Of a stretch of 64,000 bases of DNA, positions 58,526 to 64,000 are shown in pieces. The first letter of the stretch is position 1; each line of letters starts with the position of its first letter. The position numbers were made by a program, and so were the translations under genes. The stretch is from Candidatus Heimdallarchaeota archaeon (lineage in GTDB: Archaea > Asgardarchaeota > Heimdallarchaeia > Heimdallarchaeales > Heimdallarchaeaceae): NCBI GenBank assembly GCA_019057815.1, contig JAHLWR010000012.1:60273-124272 (forward strand). The letters run 5' to 3'. The notes under the pieces are model-generated. The model made no database searches. It worked only from the letters and a program-made list of their open reading frames with translations, and had not been told where the DNA came from.

Positions 58526-59818
58526 ATGCCAGAAATAAGTAGTCCAAGACCAGCATTAGCTCTGTCGGCACTGATATTTGGACATTTTCTCAACCACTTC
58601 TATGCTTATGTTTTTCTGGCTTCAATGGTAATATTGCGTTTACCTAGAAATTTGAATCTTACCGATTCGCAAGTTGGTTTATTAGGCACAATTCAGATGC
58701 TTGTTTTTGCTGTTTTTTCAATTGCTGTAGGTATTATTGGAGATAAATGGCTTAAAAGCAAGAGAATATTTATCCCTATTGGCATCCTTTTTATGTCTTT
58801 ACATCTTTTCGTTGCAGCTTATGCAACAAGTATGACCTTACTAATTGTTTCATCTGTCGTAGTGGGTTTTGGCGCAGCTTTCTATCATCCTGTAGCTTAC
58901 GCGGCAATAGCTGATCTATATGAAACTAGAAAGGGACTTACAATGTCAATGAATGCAGCTTTTGGTATGATAGGTACTTCAATTACTCCAGGTCTAGTGG
59001 TTTCATTGGATAAATTAATGGGATGGAGGAACTTTTTCATACTCTTTGGAATTATTGGTTTGGGTCTAACAGTCATCATTTTCTTTAGCATGAATTATCT
59101 GATAAGTTACAGATTTACGAGTGAAGAAATCGAAGAAAAAGAACAGATAAAGAACAAAAAAATGAAAACCAGTAGAAGAATAAAACATTGGTTTAGAACT
59201 GAATTTGTATTAATCATAACTTTCTCAATCATTATTTGTCTATTCTATTCTTCATTTAGAACAGGAATCTTTAAAATAACTAATCAATGGCTTTCAATAA
59301 TTTTTGTGGATATGTATTCATATTCAGAAATTAACGCAGGATGGATAACAACGGTTATATTAATTGTAGGAGGTTTGACAGCAATTGTTGGAGGAATAAT
59401 TAGTGACAAATATTCTACAAGCATTACAATGTTAATATCCCTTGGTGGGTCAGCATTTATACTGTTGTTGCTTTTTATATTAGGAGAATCGTTACCAGGT
59501 TTCTTAGTAATAATGCTTTACTTTATCTTTATTGCTTTCCTCTATTTTTCAGCAACTGCAGGGACAAAATATGTTGCTGAAAATGTTCCTCAAGGATCAA
59601 GATCTACTGGAATCAGTTTAATATTCGCATTTCCTAGTATAATAGGTGGCTTCTTCCCATGGATGTTTGGTTTAGTAAAAGAAAATGTCGATAATACTTG
59701 GTCTATAGGCTTCTTATCGCTATTAGCTATAATTGGTACAATTATCGCTTTAGTGCTTTATATAAGGGACAAAAAACTAGGTAAAACAAAGAAAAACAAA
59801 GAAATGTTACAAATTTAA
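58526..59818 (+). CDS. MFS transporter
   Basis: About 12 TM helices; GIIGDKW, FYHP, GGIISDKY. Confidence 0.88.
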   Translation: MPEISSPRPALALSALIFGHFLNHFYAYVFLASMVILRLPRNLNLTDSQVGLLGTIQMLVFAVFSIAVGIIGDKWLKSKRIFIPIGILFMSLHLFVAAYATSMTLLIVSSVVVGFGAAFYHPVAYAAIADLYETRKGLTMSMNAAFGMIGTSITPGLVVSLDKLMGWRNFFILFGIIGLGLTVIIFFSMNYLISYRFTSEEIEEKEQIKNKKMKTSRRIKHWFRTEFVLIITFSIIICLFYSSFRTGIFKITNQWLSIIFVDMYSYSEINAGWITTVILIVGGLTAIVGGIISDKYSTSITMLISLGGSAFILLLLFILGESLPGFLVIMLYFIFIAFLYFSATAGTKYVAENVPQGSRSTGISLIFAFPSIIGGFFPWMFGLVKENVDNTWSIGFLSLLAIIGTIIALVLYIRDKKLGKTKKNKEMLQI

Positions 59819-59961
59819 CTTTATTAGATAATAATATAGAAAATATTTCTTTTTGAATTAGCATTTCATTTAAGTCATTTTATTACATAACGATTGCATA
59901 AGTTTTATATAATACTCTCAAATCCCAAAATCACTAAATATAATTAAAAGAGGAAAATTTT

Positions 59962-62247
59962 ATGGCTATTCCAATAATATGGATTGTTGCTTTAATAGCA
60001 GGTATTATATCTATAGGAGCAGCTGTTTATTTTGCTTACCTCGTGATGAAAGAAGATCGCGGGAACGATAAAATGATTGAAGTTTCTGGCCATATCGAGA
60101 AAGGGGCCAAACATTTTCTTTGGATACAATATTCGATTCTATCAATTATTGTTGTAATCCTCTTTGTGATCATTTTATTATTCTTACCTTCCGATCTCAC
60201 ACATGGGGTTGTACCAATACTTGCAAGACCAATAGATCTAAATTGGGAACAAGCTTTAGCTTATATACTAGGCTCTGCAGCTTCAATGTTTGCTGGATGG
60301 CTTGGTTTGTCAGTTGGTGTGAAAGCAAATACTAGAGCAGCTCAAGGATGTACAGTAGGAATCAAGAAGGGATTTGATATCGCCTTCTTTGGTGGAGCAG
60401 TAATGGGACTCGCAGTGACAGGTTCTGCATTGATTGGTGTATCAGTTCTTTACAGCATTTTTCAAAACCCATTGGTTATTCTAGGTTTCAGTTTTGGAGC
60501 CAGTACAATCGCTCTATTTATGAAATGCGGTGGAGGAATTTTCACCAAAACTGCAGATGTAGGAGCTGATTTGGTCGGAAAAGCTGAATTCAATCTTCCA
60601 GAAGATGATATTAGAAACCCCGCAACTATTGCTGATAATGTCGGTGATAACGTTGGAGACATAGCTGGTATGGGAAGCGATTTATTCGATTCTTATGTAG
60701 CGTCAATCGTTGCGTCTATGATATTAGCGTCATTCTTTGCTGTTGCAGGAGCAGAATTCGAGTTTGTGTTATTACCAATCGTGTTTTCTTCAGTAGGTCT
60801 ATTTGCCTCTCTTATGGGTATTTTCTTGATTAAATGGTTTGGTTCAGATAACCCTGGTAAATCATTAAATCTTGGGACATACTTATCCACAGTCATGTTC
60901 GCAGGATTAGCGGCTCTTTTTGTATGGTTTATGACAATGGGTATGAATGTAGGGGATTTCGCTAACCAAACTGAGTTTGATATAGCTAAATGGAGAATGT
61001 GGAAAGGCTTCATCGCAGTTGTTCTAGGATTATTAAGTGGAATAATCATAGGTTGGACAAGTGACTACTATACTCGAGATGATAAGAAACCTACACGATC
61101 TATAGCAGAGGCTGCTAAAGAAGGACACGCTGTTGTAATTCTTTCAGGATTTGCTTATGGACTCATAAGTGTAGTTCTTCCAGCAGCAGGAATTATAGCG
61201 GCTATGGCTCTATCCTACTTGTTAGACGGAATCTTCGGTATCTCACTAGCAGCAGTAGGAATGCTTTCAATTGTGGCTACTATAGTTTCAAATGATGCAT
61301 ATGGACCAATAGTGGATAATGCTCGAGCTATTGCGGAACAAGGAGGTCTAGGTGATGATGTAATCAGAACAGCTGACCATCTGGATTCGGCAGGAAATAC
61401 AGCAAAAGCAATCACAAAAGGATTTGCGATTGGAGCTGCTAATTTAGCGGTAGTTGCTTTGTTATTCTCATTCGCAGCAGAAGCAGGAATTGTTCAATTT
61501 GAAATAACTGATGGTATAATCACAAAGCTTACATCAACTGTTGATTTCTTAAATGTGAAAGTACTAATTGGTGCATTCATAGGAGTTGTAGTGCCAGCAC
61601 TATTCTCAGCTCTACTAATCTTATCTGTACAGAAAAACGCAGCAAAGATGGTAGAAGAAATTAGAAGACAATTCAAAGAGAATCCTAAAATACTCGAAGG
61701 AACAGAACCAGCAGATTTCAAATCTACTATAGACATAGCAACTAAAGGAGCTTTACGAGAACTTATTCTTCCAAGTATTATTTCAATGTCAGCACCAGTA
61801 TTAGTAGGTATATTCTTCGGTGTGGCTGCTTTAGGAGCATTCCTAGCAGGAGCAATTCTATCAGGATTTGTATTCGCAATATTCATGTCTAATTCGGGTG
61901 GAGCATGGGATAACGCGAAAAAATGGATAGAGGACGGCAATCTTGGTGGTAAAGGTACTGAAGTTCATAAGGCTGCTATAACTGGAGATACTGTAGGAGA
62001 TCCTTTCAAAGACACTTCTGGTCCAAGTATTAATACACTACTAGTTGTTATGTCATTGACTGCATCTATCTTCATGGGACTACTTCTATTGGTCAATGGA
62101 GGAGACGGACTTCTAGATTTAGGCAGTTTAATGGAAAAAATCAACACACCATCAGGATTAGGAATACTTATTGGTATTTTAGTTGGTATTGCAGCTGTTG
62201 CTACTGGTTTTATCTTCCTAGTCAAATGGATTCGTAAAAAGAAATAA
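59962..62247 (+). CDS. hppA: Membrane-bound ion-translocating pyrophosphatase
   Basis: GGIFTKTADVGADLVGK, DNVGDNVGD, GPIVDNA, GNTAKAITKG, GDTVGDPFKDTSGP. Confidence 0.95.
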   Translation: MAIPIIWIVALIAGIISIGAAVYFAYLVMKEDRGNDKMIEVSGHIEKGAKHFLWIQYSILSIIVVILFVIILLFLPSDLTHGVVPILARPIDLNWEQALAYILGSAASMFAGWLGLSVGVKANTRAAQGCTVGIKKGFDIAFFGGAVMGLAVTGSALIGVSVLYSIFQNPLVILGFSFGASTIALFMKCGGGIFTKTADVGADLVGKAEFNLPEDDIRNPATIADNVGDNVGDIAGMGSDLFDSYVASIVASMILASFFAVAGAEFEFVLLPIVFSSVGLFASLMGIFLIKWFGSDNPGKSLNLGTYLSTVMFAGLAALFVWFMTMGMNVGDFANQTEFDIAKWRMWKGFIAVVLGLLSGIIIGWTSDYYTRDDKKPTRSIAEAAKEGHAVVILSGFAYGLISVVLPAAGIIAAMALSYLLDGIFGISLAAVGMLSIVATIVSNDAYGPIVDNARAIAEQGGLGDDVIRTADHLDSAGNTAKAITKGFAIGAANLAVVALLFSFAAEAGIVQFEITDGIITKLTSTVDFLNVKVLIGAFIGVVVPALFSALLILSVQKNAAKMVEEIRRQFKENPKILEGTEPADFKSTIDIATKGALRELILPSIISMSAPVLVGIFFGVAALGAFLAGAILSGFVFAIFMSNSGGAWDNAKKWIEDGNLGGKGTEVHKAAITGDTVGDPFKDTSGPSINTLLVVMSLTASIFMGLLLLVNGGDGLLDLGSLMEKINTPSGLGILIGILVGIAAVATGFIFLVKWIRKKK

Positions 62248-62423
62248 TGTAGAATTCTTTCTATAATTATTTTTTTCTTTTCTTTCAACATTTTTCTTAT
62301 ATTATATACCATTTCTTTAAGTAGAAGAGATTATTGTCTTTGTTGGTATAGTTAGGATTATTAACAGAAGAATTGGTTGCACAAAATATATATTCGATAA
62401 AGAGTTTAATTAAGTGTGAATTA

Positions 62424-64000
62424 ATGAAAAAGAAAATAATAATATTGTCATTTCTACTAATATTGTCAATCTACGCATCTAATATCAATGTACAAATAAC
62501 TGCTGAAGAGAATAATTATAAACCTAGTTCATTAGAGTTGACACCTCATGATCCTATTGAAATAACAAGTGATAGTGATTTTGAGGTTTTTCCAGGCTCT
62601 GGAACTGCTGAAGATCCTTATCTTATTGAAGGATACAATATTGCAACAACTGAAGATAATGGTATTTTTATCTATGAGACAACGAAATATTTCATTGTTA
62701 GTAACTGCTATATTGACGCAGAAGAGTATGGTATTTACATCTATGATGTAGCTTATGGTACAGCAACTGTCATTAACAACACTTGTAGCAATAACAGCAA
62801 AGGCATCTATCTTTACGATTCTGATGGTTCTATAGTTACCAACAACACGTGCAGTAACAATTACGACAGTGGCATCTATTTTTGGTTTTCTGATATTTCT
62901 ACGGTTACCAACAACACGTGCAGTAACAATGGGGATGGTATCTATCTTTACGATTCTGGTAATTCTACTGTGGCCAACAACACGTGCAACAGCAATGACA
63001 AGGGTATCTATCTTTGCTATTTTGATCATTCTACTGTGGCCAACAACACGTGCAACAGCAATGACGAGGGCATCGATCTTTACAGTTCTATTAGTTCTAC
63101 GGTTACCAACAACACGTGCAGTAACAATAACAACAGAGGCATCAAGCTTAGGTATTCTGATGGTTCTACGGTTACCAACAACACCTGTAACAATAACAAC
63201 AGAGGCATCAAGCTTGAGTCTTCTGAGAATTCTACTGTTGCTAACAACACTTGTAGCAACAATTACGACTATGGCATCTACTTCTGGTTATCTGGGAGTT
63301 CGACGGTTGCTAACAACACTTTTAGTAATTGTGGTTTTTATATATTTGAAGATACCATCGGTGATTACCTCTCAAACACCATCGAGAATAATTGGGTGAA
63401 TGGAAAAATATTAGGTTTTTATACTAACCTTGACTCAACTACTATTGCTGAACCTGCCTATGGTCAATTAATATTAGTTAATTGTACTAGTGTGACAGTA
63501 CGTGACCAAGTTTTAAATCACGCTACAGTTGGTCTATTTCTCTACTCCTGTACATCTTCAGTTATTATTAATAACACCTGCAACAACAATGGCGAGGGCA
63601 TTATGTTTCGCTATTCTGGGAGTTTGACGGTCATCAACAACACGTGCAGCGATAACAACTGGGAAGGCATCTATCTTTCCTATTCTGGAAGTTCGACGGT
63701 GGCAAACAATACTTGCAACAATAACAACTATGGCATCTCGTTAGAGGATTCTGATAATTCTGCAGTTGCTAACAACACTTGTAACAGCAATGGCGAGGGC
63801 ATCAAGCTTGAGTCTTCTGATAGTTCTACTGTCATCAACAACACGTGCACCAGCAATGGCGAGGGCATCAAGCTTCGATTTTCTGGGAGTTCGACGGTGA
63901 CAAACAATACTTGCAACAATAACAACTATGGCATCTTGCTTTGGCATTCTGATAATTCTGCAGTTGCTAACAACACTTGTAACAGCAATGGCGAGGGCAT
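62424..64000 (+). CDS. Secreted parallel beta-helix (NosD/PbH1 repeat) protein, runs off the window
   Basis: Hand translation from ATG 62424: MKKKIIILSFLLILS...HDPIEITSDSDF..GSGTAEDPYLIEGYNI, then TVxNNTCxxNxxGIxLxxSxxS repeats; open to the window end. Confidence 0.88.
   Translation, partial: MKKKIIILSFLLILSIYASNINVQITAEENNYKPSSLELTPHDPIEITSDSDFEVFPGSGTAEDPYLIEGYNIATTEDNGIFIYETTKYFIVSNCYIDAEEYGIYIYDVAYGTATVINNTCSNNSKGIYLYDSDGSIVTNNTCSNNYDSGIYFWFSDISTVTNNTCSNNGDGIYLYDSGNSTVANNTCNSNDKGIYLCYFDHSTVANNTCNSNDEGIDLYSSISSTVTNNTCSNNNNRGIKLRYSDGSTVTNNTCNNNNRGIKLESSENSTVANNTCSNNYDYGIYFWLSGSSTVANNTFSNCGFYIFEDTIGDYLSNTIENNWVNGKILGFYTNLDSTTIAEPAYGQLILVNCTSVTVRDQVLNHATVGLFLYSCTSSVIINNTCNNNGEGIMFRYSGSLTVINNTCSDNNWEGIYLSYSGSSTVANNTCNNNNYGISLEDSDNSAVANNTCNSNGEGIKLESSDSSTVINNTCTSNGEGIKLRFSGSSTVTNNTCNNNNYGILLWHSDNSAVANNTCNSNGEG
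62766..63320 (+). repeat. Coding tandem repeat block 1: eight full 66/69-bp units plus a partial ninth
   Basis: Framework aacaacac(g/t/c)tg(c/t)...gg(c/t)atc...tct recurs every 66-69 bp. Confidence 0.9.
63561..64000 (+). repeat. Coding tandem repeat block 2: at least seven 66/69-bp units
   Basis: Same framework; near-identical copies ~63683-63802 and ~63881-64000, 198 bp apart. Confidence 0.9.

Noticed and set aside
3276-62312. Numerous short antisense or overlapping ORFs in the track (e.g. 3276..3590, 12993..13535, 49898..50338, 61494..61940)
   Set aside because: They overlap well-supported genes in another frame or strand and show no motifs.
62532-63947. Track ORFs 62532..63029, 62569..62751, 62869..63399, 63080..63262, 63728..63925 and 63741..63947
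   Set aside because: Alternative-frame shadows of the repetitive beta-helix gene that starts at 62424.
62766-64000. CRISPR array interpretation of the 66-bp periodic repeats
   Set aside because: Units are in frame within one ORF, lengths are multiples of 3, the variable parts are related to each other, and no cas genes are present.
1-64000. tRNA, rRNA, integrase, reverse transcriptase
   Set aside because: No GC-rich structured RNA segment or catalytic motifs were recognised by eye; a covariance-model or HMM scan would be needed to exclude them formally.

Overview
AT-rich archaeal chromosome segment, most likely an Asgard archaeon of Heimdallarchaeia type. This assignment is inferred from CDP-archaeol synthase, nine Rab-like or Arf-like small GTPases, and several C-terminally anchored surface proteins. 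Main contents: (i) a 7-gene operon encoding an HD protein, an isocitrate/homoisocitrate-type dehydrogenase, two different aconitase-family (LeuC/LeuD) dehydratases and an ATP-citrate-lyase-like pair with atypical substrate motifs; (ii) a ~7.5 kb cluster of six small GTPases, four of them Arf-like with fused C-terminal domains, around a PAS protein; (iii) transporters (two ABC systems, FeoAB with a perfect operator-like palindrome, a P-type ATPase, MFS, membrane PPase) and redox genes; (iv) two cases of a passenger gene flanked by a duplicated 3' end of its neighbour, plus several gene remnants; (v) at the right edge, an ORF missing from the track that encodes a secreted parallel beta-helix protein whose 66/69-bp repeats vary in a way resembling adenine-directed (DGR-like) diversification. 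No rRNA, tRNA, CRISPR array, integrase, reverse transcriptase or intact transposase was recognised.
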